64,000 bases of DNA, from assembly GCA_040374085.1 (NCBI GenBank), contig JBEIVB010000002.1:9621-73620 (forward strand), in the 5' to 3' direction. The DNA comes from Flavobacteriales bacterium (GTDB lineage: Bacteria > Bacteroidota > Bacteroidia > UBA4408). A model generated the notes under the pieces. That model did no database searches. It saw only the letters and a list, made by a program, of their open reading frames with translations, and had not been told where the DNA came from. Shown here in pieces: positions 39,101 through 49,059 of the stretch (position 1 is its first letter; every line of letters starts with the position of its first letter). The position numbers were made by a program, and so were the translations under genes.

Positions 39101-40558
39101 ATGCTACCAGTTGCCAAAACGGACTACGAAAAAAAGCTCCACGATTGGATTGAGCTTGAAAAAGCTGCCGTTGAGTTGATCCATGAAATCGGATCCTTGT
39201 GGTTCGACAAATCCATTGAATTGATTTTGTTTCGCAACCAATTGGTTGACCGCAGTGCCAGCGAAATCATGAGTCTGCACCACTACGCTGCAAACGTGGT
39301 GAAGCAGCCCATCAGCGTTAAGGATACCTTGGCTCTTGCCCGCAGCATCAACCAACTCCAAGGGGTTGTTCCGGCTCGAATTGACATTGGAAAACTGGCT
39401 GGTGAGTGGCTAACTGAAAAAAGTGCTTCAGCATCTGTAGATGCTTTCATCGCGCAAAAGTTGGGTGGTTTCATTGGTGTAAAACCCAGCAATCACCCTC
39501 AGGACGTGGTGTTGTATGGCTTTGGCCGTATTGGCCGAATTGCAGCAAGAGAATTGATTGTTCAAGCCGGCAAAGGCGAGCAACTGCGCTTGCGTGCCAT
39601 CGTTACGCGCAGCAACTCCGATGAAGACATCATCAAGCGTGCCGAATTGCTTCGTGTAGATTCTGTGCATGGCCCGTTTCCCGGTCCTGTTATCGAGGAT
39701 TTGGAAAACAAATGCATTTTTGTCAACGGTCATCAAATTCTCATGCTGGCTGCAAAGAATCCAGAGGACATTGATTACACCCAATACGGCATCGAGAACG
39801 CTTTGTTGATTGACAACACTGGCGTTGCCCGAGACAGAGAAGGTTTAAGTCTTCATCTTCAAGCCAAGGGTATAGCTAAAGTGTTGTTAACCGCACCTGG
39901 TAAAGGAGACATTCCAAACGTGGTGTATGGTGTAAATCAGGATGCACCGGCACAGGATGAGCGCATCTTCTCGGCTGCTTCTTGCACCACCAATGCCATT
40001 GTGCCCGTGTTGAAAGTCATCAGCGAGAAGCTGGGCATAGAGCGCGGTCACATTGAAACCGTTCACTCCTACACCAACGATCAAAACCTGCTCGACAACT
40101 ACCACAGCAAATACCGCCGCGGTAGGGCAGCAGCCTTGAACCTTGTCATTACAGAAACCGGTGCCGATAAAGCCGTTGCCAAGGTTCTTCCGCACTTGGC
40201 GGGTAAGCTCACCGGGAACGCGGTGCGTGTGCCTACCCCCAATGTTTCCTTAGCCATTCTTTCGCTAACGGTAAACCATACCACTTCCAAAGAAGAAGTA
40301 AACGAGCTCATGAAGCAAGCTGCTTTGCACGGCGATTTGGTTGAGCAAATTCAATTCTCTTTCAGCAACGAGTTGGTGTCTTCGGATCTGGTGGGCAACC
40401 CCTGCTCCTCTATCTTCGACAGCCCGGCCACCATAGTATCCAAAGACGGCAAAAACATTGTGTTGTACGTATGGTACGACAACGAGTATGGCTACACCCG
40501 CCAGGTGATTCGGTTCAGCAAAACCATCTGCAAAGTGGGTCGCAAGACGTACTATTAA
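39101..40558 (+). CDS. gap: Glyceraldehyde-3-phosphate dehydrogenase, long form with a roughly 150-aa N-terminal extension
   Basis: ...VVLYGFGRIGR... NAD site and catalytic ...SAASCTTNAIVPV...; C-terminus ...WYDNEYGY... Confidence 0.85.
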   Translation: MLPVAKTDYEKKLHDWIELEKAAVELIHEIGSLWFDKSIELILFRNQLVDRSASEIMSLHHYAANVVKQPISVKDTLALARSINQLQGVVPARIDIGKLAGEWLTEKSASASVDAFIAQKLGGFIGVKPSNHPQDVVLYGFGRIGRIAARELIVQAGKGEQLRLRAIVTRSNSDEDIIKRAELLRVDSVHGPFPGPVIEDLENKCIFVNGHQILMLAAKNPEDIDYTQYGIENALLIDNTGVARDREGLSLHLQAKGIAKVLLTAPGKGDIPNVVYGVNQDAPAQDERIFSAASCTTNAIVPVLKVISEKLGIERGHIETVHSYTNDQNLLDNYHSKYRRGRAAALNLVITETGADKAVAKVLPHLAGKLTGNAVRVPTPNVSLAILSLTVNHTTSKEEVNELMKQAALHGDLVEQIQFSFSNELVSSDLVGNPCSSIFDSPATIVSKDGKNIVLYVWYDNEYGYTRQVIRFSKTICKVGRKTYY

Positions 40559-40580
40559 AAAAGCGCATACCCACAGAAAA

Positions 40581-40607
40581 AGGCCACCCACTGCGGTGGC
40601 TTTTTTT
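40581..40607 (+). terminator. Rho-independent terminator after gap
   Basis: AGGCCACC-cactgc-GGTGGCTT hairpin followed by TTTTTTT. Confidence 0.7.
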
Positions 40608-40700
40608 ATGTTGTGTTTGGGTTAATTCCCACACACAAGGGCTGCTTGGAAGGGAATCAAAACGCCAACGCGAACCCAAAATTCACATCTTTGCATCCCC

Positions 40701-43700
40701 ATGGATTTCACCTCTGTTTTAGGTCAGTTTCAGCAGCACAGGCACTTTGATTTTCTGCGCGAGACCCTCATATCGGGTCGTGCGCAGCGCTTGGCCTTGA
40801 GGGGCTTGCAGGGTTCGGCTCCGGCTTTTTGGGTGGCGGCCTTGTTTCACGACCGCAATGCCAGCGGGCAGGCTCCCACCTTTTGCGTGGTGATGCCCGA
40901 TCGTGAGGAGGCTGCCTACTTTCTCAACAGTTTAGAGAACCTCCTGGGCTTTCGAAAAGATCAGGAAGACCGTTCTGCGGCCAACAGTCCTTTGTTGTTT
41001 TTTCCGCGCTCTGCCCGTGTGCCCTACCACCTTGAAGGGACCGATAATGCAAACGTTTTAGCCCGCGCCGAAGTATTAAACGTACTCGCTCAGCGCCCCG
41101 CCGGTAAAGTGGTGGTTACCTATCCCGAGGCTATGGCAGAGAAGGTGATTACCCAGCAGCAACTGCGCAAGCAAACCCTGCATTTGAAACGGGGCGAAAA
41201 AGTAAGTCTGGAATTCATCACCGATTTGTTGTATGAGTTTCAGTTCGAACGCGTTGATTTTGTTGCCGAGCCCGGGCAATATGCCGTTCGCGGGGGCATT
41301 GTTGACATCTTTTCCTTTGCCCACGAAGAGCCCTTCCGCATCGAGTTTATGGGCGAAGAGGTGGAGTCCATTCGCAGTTTCGAGGTGGCCTCTCAGCTCA
41401 GCCAGCACAAGTTTCACGAGGTGGCCATATTGCCAAACGTGCAGAGTCAGGCCATTGTACAGTCGTACGAGGCCATCACCGATTTCTTGCCTGCGCACAC
41501 AGTTTACTTCTTTTCTTCAACCCGCGACACCCAAGAGCGGCTCTCGCGGAGCATGGAGGAGGTGCATAAACGCTACGCCCAGCTCGACTCTCCGATAAAA
41601 CATCTCGAGCCGCATATACTTTTTTGGTCGGAGCAGGACTTTCAGGCGCTGCTCGAACAGAAGTTGGTGTTTGAGTTTGGCAATCAAGGGTACTTGCCTG
41701 TGCACGAAACCCTTGGCTTTGAAACTCGCCCCCAGCCCAGCTTCAACAAAAACTTCGAGCTGCTGCTGCAGAACCTCCGCGAAAACAAGAGCAACCGCAT
41801 AAACACCATCTTGCTGGCCGATACCCAGCGCCAGTTTCAGCGTTTGGAAACCATTCTGCACGATCTCATCGGCGAGAAAGGGTTTCACGATTTGGTTTCG
41901 GCTTCTTATCTGCTGAGCGTGAGGGAAGGGTTTGTGGATGTGGATCTTGGACTTGCCTTCTATACCGATCACCAGATTTTCGATCGCTATTTGCGTTATA
42001 AGCTTCAGGGTAAAGTTCAAAAGAACCGCGAGGCGCTTACCTTAAAAGAGCTTCATGGACTTAATCCAGGTGATTTTGTTTCGCACATCGATCATGGCAT
42101 TGGCCGGTTTGCCGGGCTGGAGAAATTGGATGTGAACGGCAAAATTCAGGAGGCCATTCGCCTTATTTATAAAGACAACGATATATTGTATGTAAGCATA
42201 CATTCCCTCCACAAAATCAGCAAATATTCGGGTTCGGAGAGCCATGTTCCGAAACTAAATAAGCTGGGCAGTACTGCTTGGAGCACGCTGAAGCAGAAGA
42301 CCAAGAAAAGGGTTAAAGAGTTGGCATACGATCTCATTCGGCTCTATGCGCAGCGCAAGGCCAAGCGCGGCCATGCTTTTGCACCAGATGGGTACCTGCA
42401 AACCGAGTTGGAGGCATCGTTTCTGTATGAGGATACACCCGACCAAGAGAAAGCCACCCTTGCTGTGAAAAAGGATATGGAGGCCCATTATCCGATGGAT
42501 CGCCTCATTTGCGGCGATGTGGGGTTTGGGAAAACCGAGGTGGCCATACGTGCCGCATTTAAAGCCGTTTGCGATGGAAAGCAGGCAGCCGTTCTGGTGC
42601 CCACCACCATTCTGGCCCTGCAACATCAGAAAACATTTTCAGAGCGATTAAAAGATTTTCCGTGCACCGTTGACTTCATCAACCGGTTTCGAACCGCCAA
42701 AGAAATTCGCGAGGTGTTGGAGCGGGTGGCGCAAGGGAAAGTGGACATTCTAATTGGCACGCATCGAATCTTAAGCAAGGATGTGGTGTTTAAAGACCTT
42801 GGCTTGCTGGTGATCGATGAGGAGCAGAAATTTGGAGTAGGATCGAAGGATAAGCTAAAAGCAATAAAAGTAAATGTGGATACCTTAACTCTCACCGCCA
42901 CACCCATACCACGCACCTTGCAGTTTAGCATGATGGGGGCAAGAGATTTGAGCGTGATTGCCACACCTCCCCCCAACCGTTTTCCGGTTCAAACGGAGGT
43001 ACATGGGTTCAACGAAGACATCATACGCGATGCCATAGCCAGTGAGCTGGATCGGGGCGGGCAGGCATTCTTCATTCACAATCGGGTGCAAAACATACAG
43101 GAAGTTGCCGGCATGATAAGTCGTCTTGTACCCGATGCGCGCGTAGCCATTGGACATGGCCAGATGGATGGACCTGATCTTGAAAAGGTTATGGTGGGTT
43201 TTATAAGCGGTGCTTATGATGTGCTGGTAGCCACAACCATCATTGAGTCGGGCTTAGACATCAGCAACGCCAATACCATCATCATCAACCAAGCCCAAAA
43301 CTTTGGATTGTCGGATCTGCATCAGATGCGCGGTAGGGTAGGGCGAAGCAACAAGAAAGCCTTCTGCTATTTGTTGGCTCCACCGCTGAGCACACTCACA
43401 CAGGAAGCCCGCAAGCGTTTGCGCACCTTAGAAGAGTTTGCCGAGCTGGGCAGCGGATTCAACATCGCCCTGCGCGACCTCGACATACGCGGGGCCGGCA
43501 ATCTGCTGGGTGGAGAGCAAAGCGGTTTTATAACCGAGATTGGATTCGAGATGTACATGAAGGTGTTGGAGGAAGCCATTTCTGAACTCAAAGAAGAGGA
43601 CGATGATTTTCGTCACAACGCAGAAGACGCGCTCTCTGTGGACACTAAATTCCGGTCATTGCCCAAGCATCAGTTTGTGCAGGACTGCCAAGTTGATACC

Positions 43701-44165
43701 GACCTCGAAATTTTGATTCCCGATGCTTACGTGGGGCAAACCGCAGAACGACTTAGTCTGTATCAGCGTTTGGATGACCTTACCAGCGAACAGCAATTGG
43801 AGCAGTTTGCTGCCGATCTCATCGATCGTTTTGGTCCTTTGCCGCCAACCGTAGAGGAACTCTTGGCCACCGTCCGTTTGAGGAGGGAAGCTCAGCGCAT
43901 CGGCTGGGAAAAAGTGGTGTTGAAAGGAGGCAAAATGCTTTCGTATTATGTATCGCGCGCCGATTCACCTTACTTCGAATCGCCGGTTTTTCAGGCGGTC
44001 TTGGCGTGTGTAAAGCAACAACCTCATTTGGGCAGGATGAAGGAGACCAATGGTAAGCTGGTGCACGTCTTTGAGCGGGTGAACGATACACGGAGTGCCC
44101 TTCACATTGCCGAGGTGTTTACCTCTTTCCTATCTGCGCAATTGCCGGAAGAAGGAACTGCTTAA
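40701..44165 (+). CDS. mfd: Transcription-repair coupling factor
   Basis: 1154 aa. UvrB-homology N-terminus, DEAD/DEAH helicase motifs (...LICGDVGFGKTEVA..., ...LVIDEEQKFGV...), ...QMRGRVGRS... and TRCF C-terminal domain. Confidence 0.9.
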   Translation: MDFTSVLGQFQQHRHFDFLRETLISGRAQRLALRGLQGSAPAFWVAALFHDRNASGQAPTFCVVMPDREEAAYFLNSLENLLGFRKDQEDRSAANSPLLFFPRSARVPYHLEGTDNANVLARAEVLNVLAQRPAGKVVVTYPEAMAEKVITQQQLRKQTLHLKRGEKVSLEFITDLLYEFQFERVDFVAEPGQYAVRGGIVDIFSFAHEEPFRIEFMGEEVESIRSFEVASQLSQHKFHEVAILPNVQSQAIVQSYEAITDFLPAHTVYFFSSTRDTQERLSRSMEEVHKRYAQLDSPIKHLEPHILFWSEQDFQALLEQKLVFEFGNQGYLPVHETLGFETRPQPSFNKNFELLLQNLRENKSNRINTILLADTQRQFQRLETILHDLIGEKGFHDLVSASYLLSVREGFVDVDLGLAFYTDHQIFDRYLRYKLQGKVQKNREALTLKELHGLNPGDFVSHIDHGIGRFAGLEKLDVNGKIQEAIRLIYKDNDILYVSIHSLHKISKYSGSESHVPKLNKLGSTAWSTLKQKTKKRVKELAYDLIRLYAQRKAKRGHAFAPDGYLQTELEASFLYEDTPDQEKATLAVKKDMEAHYPMDRLICGDVGFGKTEVAIRAAFKAVCDGKQAAVLVPTTILALQHQKTFSERLKDFPCTVDFINRFRTAKEIREVLERVAQGKVDILIGTHRILSKDVVFKDLGLLVIDEEQKFGVGSKDKLKAIKVNVDTLTLTATPIPRTLQFSMMGARDLSVIATPPPNRFPVQTEVHGFNEDIIRDAIASELDRGGQAFFIHNRVQNIQEVAGMISRLVPDARVAIGHGQMDGPDLEKVMVGFISGAYDVLVATTIIESGLDISNANTIIINQAQNFGLSDLHQMRGRVGRSNKKAFCYLLAPPLSTLTQEARKRLRTLEEFAELGSGFNIALRDLDIRGAGNLLGGEQSGFITEIGFEMYMKVLEEAISELKEEDDDFRHNAEDALSVDTKFRSLPKHQFVQDCQVDTDLEILIPDAYVGQTAERLSLYQRLDDLTSEQQLEQFAADLIDRFGPLPPTVEELLATVRLRREAQRIGWEKVVLKGGKMLSYYVSRADSPYFESPVFQAVLACVKQQPHLGRMKETNGKLVHVFERVNDTRSALHIAEVFTSFLSAQLPEEGTA

Positions 44166-44208
44166 TTGGGCAGATAAATTTCATTGAATTCCTACCTTCG
44201 ATGCGACG

Positions 44209-44661
44209 ATGACCTCAAGCAATGGTAACTTCATCGCTTTTCAAACCATGATTCTCATGTTTAAACACCGCATTCTACCCTTATTGGCCGGGATTACCGC
44301 GGCACTTTTGACGCTTGCCTTGTTGGAGGAATGGATGGCCCATTTCGGCCCTCAGGATTGGCGCGTGGATTCCAGAGATCCTCAAGAAGCTCGGAAACAG
44401 TTTCTTGCCTTACCTGATGCGGTCCGGTATTTACAGCTTTTGTTTTATGCTTTTTCTGCTTTTATGGGTGGGTTGGTGGCCACGCGTGTATCGCCTGTGT
44501 CAGCCATTAAGCCGGCTTTTATCATTGGCTTGGCGTTGACCATTGCCGGCATCACAAACCCCGATCCCATCTGGTTTAAGGTGGTTTCTTCTTTTATCTA
44601 TCTGCCTTTTTCGCTCTTGGGTTTTTATACCATTAAACGCACACGTCCTTCTGCATCATGA
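44209..44661 (+). CDS. Small polytopic membrane protein (hypothetical)
   Basis: Three to four hydrophobic helices; ATGA overlap with maf. Alternative start at 44248. Confidence 0.5.
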   Translation: MTSSNGNFIAFQTMILMFKHRILPLLAGITAALLTLALLEEWMAHFGPQDWRVDSRDPQEARKQFLALPDAVRYLQLLFYAFSAFMGGLVATRVSPVSAIKPAFIIGLALTIAGITNPDPIWFKVVSSFIYLPFSLLGFYTIKRTRPSAS

Positions 44662-45233
44662 ACTACCGATTGTTGTTGGCCTCAAAATCGCCGCGCCGCC
44701 AAGAGCTGATGCGCATTTTGGGCTATCCTTTTGAACTCAGATTAAAAGAGGTGGAAGAAGACTTCCCGGCCCACCTTAAGGGGCATGAGATTCCCCTGTT
44801 TTTGGCCGAGCACAAGGCAAGTGCTTTTCTGCCGGATTTGGCACCGGATGAGGTGGTGCTCACAGCCGATACCGTAGTGTGGATCGACGATGCCGTGCTC
44901 AACAAGCCCACAGATGCCGAAGATGCAGCCCGCATGCTGCGCAGCCTAAGCGGAAAAACGCATCAGGTGTTTACCGGGGTTGGCCTCACCAGCCACGAAA
45001 AATCCATGCGGTTTTACGACCAAACCGATGTTACCTTCCGCTCTCTCTCCGAAGAGGAAATTCAGCATTACATAAAGGTTGCACAACCCTTTGATAAAGC
45101 CGGAGCCTACGGGGCTCAAGATTGGATTGGGCTGGTGGGCATTGAACGGCTGGTAGGATCCTACTTCAACGTTATGGGCCTTCCTGTACACCTGGTTTAC
45201 ACGCATCTCAAATCCTTCGGTTTCGGCGTGTAG
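44658..45233 (+). CDS. maf: Maf-family nucleoside triphosphate pyrophosphatase
   Basis: ...LLLASKSPRRQELMRILG...; ...GAYGAQDWIG... Maf signature. Confidence 0.85.
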   Translation: MNYRLLLASKSPRRQELMRILGYPFELRLKEVEEDFPAHLKGHEIPLFLAEHKASAFLPDLAPDEVVLTADTVVWIDDAVLNKPTDAEDAARMLRSLSGKTHQVFTGVGLTSHEKSMRFYDQTDVTFRSLSEEEIQHYIKVAQPFDKAGAYGAQDWIGLVGIERLVGSYFNVMGLPVHLVYTHLKSFGFGV

Positions 45234-45260
45234 TTTTTCCATAAACATTGATTTTTTGTT

Positions 45261-45650
45261 ATGACCAACAACATTGAGCAAGTAGCGGAGTTTCACACCC
45301 GCTTTCGCATTGCCAACAACGAGGCGCCCACCTTGCTTTCCGAGGAAGAAGCCCTGCTGAGGTTCAACCTGCTGAAAGAAGAAAACGAGGAATACCTCGA
45401 AGCTTGCCGAAGCGGAAATATGGTGGAGATTGCCGATGCCCTGGGCGACATACTCTACATAGCCTTCGGAACCATCCTGCGCCACGGGCTTCAGGAGCAC
45501 ATACAGGCTGTATTCGATGAGATTCAACGCAGCAACCTCAGTAAGTTGGGATCGGATGGTCAACCCATTTACCGCGAAGACGGAAAGGTTTTAAAAGGTC
45601 CGGATTATACTCCACCCGACATTGCCAGAATTTTAGGAGTTAGCCGTTGA
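45261..45650 (+). CDS. MazG-like nucleotide pyrophosphohydrolase (all-alpha NTP-PPase)
   Basis: ...EENEEYLEA... and ...EIADALGDILYIAFG... metal-binding EExxE/DxxGD pattern. Confidence 0.7.
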   Translation: MTNNIEQVAEFHTRFRIANNEAPTLLSEEEALLRFNLLKEENEEYLEACRSGNMVEIADALGDILYIAFGTILRHGLQEHIQAVFDEIQRSNLSKLGSDGQPIYREDGKVLKGPDYTPPDIARILGVSR

Positions 45651-46236
45651 CCTTACCCTGATAGGAGCTGGAGAAGAAGAAGTCTAGGCGCAGTCCGGCG
45701 CAGGGGAAGGTGGGGTTGTAGGCCGCAAAAATGGAAAAACCCACGCCTAGGTCGTAGGCAATTTTTCGAATGGCCTGCCCTTCTGCATACAATCCAACCG
45801 ACCGGTAGGGCGTGTTTTTAGACAGCCCCCACGCGTACGAAATGCCGCCTATGTAGGCAATGTTCAGGGCTTTGGTTTCGCGGCGGATGGAGTAGGCCAA
45901 GTGCAGATCGTTGAGGAAGTTCTCCGTGTAGTTTCCCCACAAAACAGGGGGAGGCTCGCTGCGCATGTATCCTATTTGGAAGTACTGTTTTCGGATGCCA
46001 AAATTATAATTAATGGAAAATGGGATGCTGCGCTTGGTGGGGGCAGAAAAGGTTTGAGCAATGCCGGCTCCAAAACTTACGTAGTTGTTGTAGAGGCGAA
46101 AGCGGTCACCCTGAATGTTGCGTTCCAGGTCGCGTTCGCCTTTCTTAGTGGCTTCCGTATTGAGCTGTGCATGGCTTTGCACATGCAAGGCAAGCATCAA
46201 TCCTGTGCATACCAGCAATTTTCCTGTTGTGCTCAT
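45640..46236 (-). CDS. Small outer-membrane beta-barrel protein (hypothetical)
   Basis: Signal peptide MSTTGKLLVCTGLMLALHVQSHAQ and beta-strand pattern; ATGA overlap with the upstream permease gene. Confidence 0.55.
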   Translation of the reverse strand: MSTTGKLLVCTGLMLALHVQSHAQLNTEATKKGERDLERNIQGDRFRLYNNYVSFGAGIAQTFSAPTKRSIPFSINYNFGIRKQYFQIGYMRSEPPPVLWGNYTENFLNDLHLAYSIRRETKALNIAYIGGISYAWGLSKNTPYRSVGLYAEGQAIRKIAYDLGVGFSIFAAYNPTFPCAGLRLDFFFSSSYQGKVNG

Positions 46237-47312
46237 GAATGGGTGCGAATGCGCGGATCGATCCAGGCATAGGCGAGGTCAACCAGCATGTTGATGAGGA
46301 CAAACAAAACCGAAACGGTGAGTACGGCTCCCATGACCATGGGCAGGTCCACCTGGTCGAGGGCATCTACCAGTTGCCTTCCCATGCCTTTCCAACCGAA
46401 GATGTATTCCACAAAAACGGCCCCGGCCAAAAGGCTCGCGAACCATCCGGAAATGGCAGTAAGCACCGGACTGATGGAGTTTCGAAGGGCATGGCGCCAG
46501 ATCACTTGTGTTGCAGTTAAGCCCTTTGCCCGTGCGGTGCGGATGAAGTCTTGAGACATGGTATTTAACAGGGCATTGCGCATGAGTTGGGTAATAACAG
46601 CCAAGGGCCTTATTCCGAGTGTGAAGGCGGGCAAGATTAAGTTGGCCAGTGCCAGGCTGCGGCCTTCACCCATATCGTCCCACACCCATAAGCTTCCGGT
46701 TATAGGCAACCCGGTGTAGGGGGCCAATACAAAGGCAAAGATCCAAGCCACGAGTACGGCCACAAAAAACGAGGGTCCTGCCATACCCAGAGCAGATAGG
46801 GTAAGCAGGACTTTGTCGGGCCAGCGACCGTGGTAAAGTGCAGCCAATATGCCCATGCCCACACCCACCACGGTTGCCAAAACCATGGCTGCCAAAGCCA
46901 GAACGGCTGTTGCAGGCAAGGTTTCGGCCAGAATTTCGGAAACGTTTTTGCCGGTTTGATAAGATCTTCCCAGGTAAGGTGCCTTCAAACACAAGAACCA
47001 AGTATTGCTAAATGTTATGCAAAAGCCTCCATTCCGCTCTCTTGATTCATCATAATACAGCACCGCTTCCGGTGCATGGGAATAGATGGAGATGGGAGAG
47101 AGGTCGTTTAAATAACGTAGGTATTGTTGCCCCACCGGAAGGTCCAGACCCAGCTCGTGGCGCAGGAGGCGAATGCTGGCTTCATCGCTGCGCTGGCCCA
47201 ACATCATGCGAGCCGGATCGCCGGGAACCATGTGGAAAAGTGCAAACAAAGTGCTGGCTACTCCCCACAAGACGAGAAAGGCATAGCCTATTTTGCGCAG
47301 GGCATGCTTCAT
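46233..47312 (-). CDS. ABC transporter permease of the OppB/DppB family, with no partner genes nearby
   Basis: ...HMVPGDPARMMLG... N-terminal motif and EAA-loop region ...DFIRTARAKGLTATQVIWRHALRNSISPVL... The start was moved to the ATG at 47312. Confidence 0.8.
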   Translation of the reverse strand: MKHALRKIGYAFLVLWGVASTLFALFHMVPGDPARMMLGQRSDEASIRLLRHELGLDLPVGQQYLRYLNDLSPISIYSHAPEAVLYYDESRERNGGFCITFSNTWFLCLKAPYLGRSYQTGKNVSEILAETLPATAVLALAAMVLATVVGVGMGILAALYHGRWPDKVLLTLSALGMAGPSFFVAVLVAWIFAFVLAPYTGLPITGSLWVWDDMGEGRSLALANLILPAFTLGIRPLAVITQLMRNALLNTMSQDFIRTARAKGLTATQVIWRHALRNSISPVLTAISGWFASLLAGAVFVEYIFGWKGMGRQLVDALDQVDLPMVMGAVLTVSVLFVLINMLVDLAYAWIDPRIRTHS

Positions 47313-48442
47313 GGGCGCGCAGACAGCTTGCCTTGTTCCCGAAGCTCGGCCCAGGTGGGCAGGTCGCGCCAAGCCCACATGGCTTTCACCACGCCTTTTT
47401 CTAATAACATCAGGCCCGGATTGGAGCGTATCATGGTTTTAAGGGCTGTTTCATCGCAGAAGTGGTAGGGATACATGGCCTGCACCTCGTGGCGGAAACG
47501 GTCCGCTTGCTGCGGAGGAGTAGCGGTTAGACCCATAAACAGTACCTTGTTTTTTTCGGCTTCCAGAGCCAAATCCGAGAGCTGCTTCTGAGGGTCTTTG
47601 GAGGCTTGGGTGAGGTCGTAGGCCACCACCAGCAGGGCGTAAGGTGCCTCCAGTACTTGATTGGTGAGGTTTTCTCCTTCGGCAGAGGTGATGCTGAAGT
47701 CGTGAATCTTGGGCTTGTCGCCTTCCTGTATGAGTTTGTTCTCGGTCTTCACCCATTTCCAGGTACTGTCTTGCCATGGATAGGTTTTGGTTGTGAAAGG
47801 TTTGGTGACCCCATCTTTTTCATAATACAAAATGGTTTCAAACACATCTTGCTTGGCGCCCGGAGGCAGTTGGGTATCGGTCACTAGGTTGGTGCCCACT
47901 TTGTATGGACGGAAATCCACAAACGGCAAATGGCGAATGGCGTAGATGTTTACCCAAAAGCTGAAGGCCAACCCCAGGAGCATGGTATAGTCTCCACGCC
48001 TACCGGCCAAAAGAGGCTCGATGCGGTTGCGGTTCCAGAAGATGGGAATGATCAGGAGTGTTAACCACACGTCTTTTTGAAAGCTCTGCCAAGGCTTTAG
48101 GTGAAGGGCGTCGCCAAAGCAACCGCAATCGGTTACCTTGTTGAAGTAGGCCGAATAGAAGGTTAAGAAGGTGAAGAACACGATCATGAGCAACAGCAAC
48201 CACGATATGAGGCGCATGCGAATGCCCAATAAGGTGCCCAACCCGCACACGATTTCAACAACGGTTAGCACCACAGAAAGGGAAAGGGAGGCAGGTTTTA
48301 GAAATTCCATTCCAAACACGGTAAAATACTCCGATAGTTTATAGGAGAATCCGAGTGGGTCGTTTGCCTTTATCAGACCCGATACAATGAAAAGTGCGCC
48401 GACCAAAATGCGGCATACCCAAGTTAATGCGCGTGCTTTCAT
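47309..48442 (-). CDS. DoxX-like membrane domain fused to a thioredoxin/TlpA-like domain (BT_3928-like)
   Basis: N-terminal four-TM DoxX-like region with a CGCFG pair of cysteines (...VTDCGCFGDAL...). The C-terminal roughly 170 aa are soluble and thioredoxin-fold-like. Confidence 0.65.
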   Translation of the reverse strand: MKARALTWVCRILVGALFIVSGLIKANDPLGFSYKLSEYFTVFGMEFLKPASLSLSVVLTVVEIVCGLGTLLGIRMRLISWLLLLMIVFFTFLTFYSAYFNKVTDCGCFGDALHLKPWQSFQKDVWLTLLIIPIFWNRNRIEPLLAGRRGDYTMLLGLAFSFWVNIYAIRHLPFVDFRPYKVGTNLVTDTQLPPGAKQDVFETILYYEKDGVTKPFTTKTYPWQDSTWKWVKTENKLIQEGDKPKIHDFSITSAEGENLTNQVLEAPYALLVVAYDLTQASKDPQKQLSDLALEAEKNKVLFMGLTATPPQQADRFRHEVQAMYPYHFCDETALKTMIRSNPGLMLLEKGVVKAMWAWRDLPTWAELREQGKLSARP

Positions 48443-49035
48443 GCGTGTGTTTGTTCGTTTTCGTTGAGTTTGATTAGGGCAAAGGCCGCGTAGTTGAGCA
48501 TGTCTTGATAGTTCGCCTCCACCCCTTCCGAGGCCAGGGTTTTCCCTTTATTGTCTTCAATTTGCTTGGTACGCAGCAGTTTCATGAGGATGAGGTCGGT
48601 GAGGCTGCTGATGCGCATGTCGCGCCAGGCTTCACCGTAGTCGTGATTTTTGCGCTGCATCAGACGCTGGGCTTCACCCGCATGTTGATCGTATAACCGC
48701 ATGCTTTCCTCTAGGCTGAGGTCGGCATCCTGCCCGGCTTTCAGTTGCAGCTGTATCAAGGCAATGATGGCATAATTCACTATGCCCTGAAACTCGCCGG
48801 CAATGCCTTCATCTACCTGGCGCGTTCCCTTTTCTTGCAGGGTGCGGATGCGCTGGGCCTTGATGAAGATCTGATCGGTTAGGGAGCTGGGGCGAAGAAT
48901 GCGCCAAGCACTGCCGTAGTCGTGCATTTTCTTGAGAAACAAAGCACGGCACTCGGCAATTACCGAGCCATATTGTTGTAGGGTATTTTCCATGGGCTGA
49001 GCAAAAATAAGCCCTTGGTTGATAAACGCGTGCAA
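48439..49035 (-). CDS. DUF1599 protein (two tandem DUF1599 repeats)
   Basis: Duplicated ...KMHDYGSAWRILRPSSLTDQIFIKAQRIRTL... and ...KNHDYGEAWRDMRISSLTDLILMKLLRTKQI... The start is possibly the Met at 48993. Confidence 0.7.
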   Translation of the reverse strand: MHAFINQGLIFAQPMENTLQQYGSVIAECRALFLKKMHDYGSAWRILRPSSLTDQIFIKAQRIRTLQEKGTRQVDEGIAGEFQGIVNYAIIALIQLQLKAGQDADLSLEESMRLYDQHAGEAQRLMQRKNHDYGEAWRDMRISSLTDLILMKLLRTKQIEDNKGKTLASEGVEANYQDMLNYAAFALIKLNENEQTHA

Positions 49036-49059
49036 AAGAAACCTAAAGGGCGAAAGGGA

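Noticed and set aside
39101-40558. GAPDH with an unusual roughly 150-aa N-terminal extension
   Set aside because: Long-form (about 480-aa) GAPDH homologs are an established family (for example the Pseudomonas gap-2 type), so this is not novel.
44946-45563. 205-aa minus-strand ORF spanning maf and the MazG-like gene
   Set aside because: It is antisense to two genes with strong family signatures and has no independent motif.
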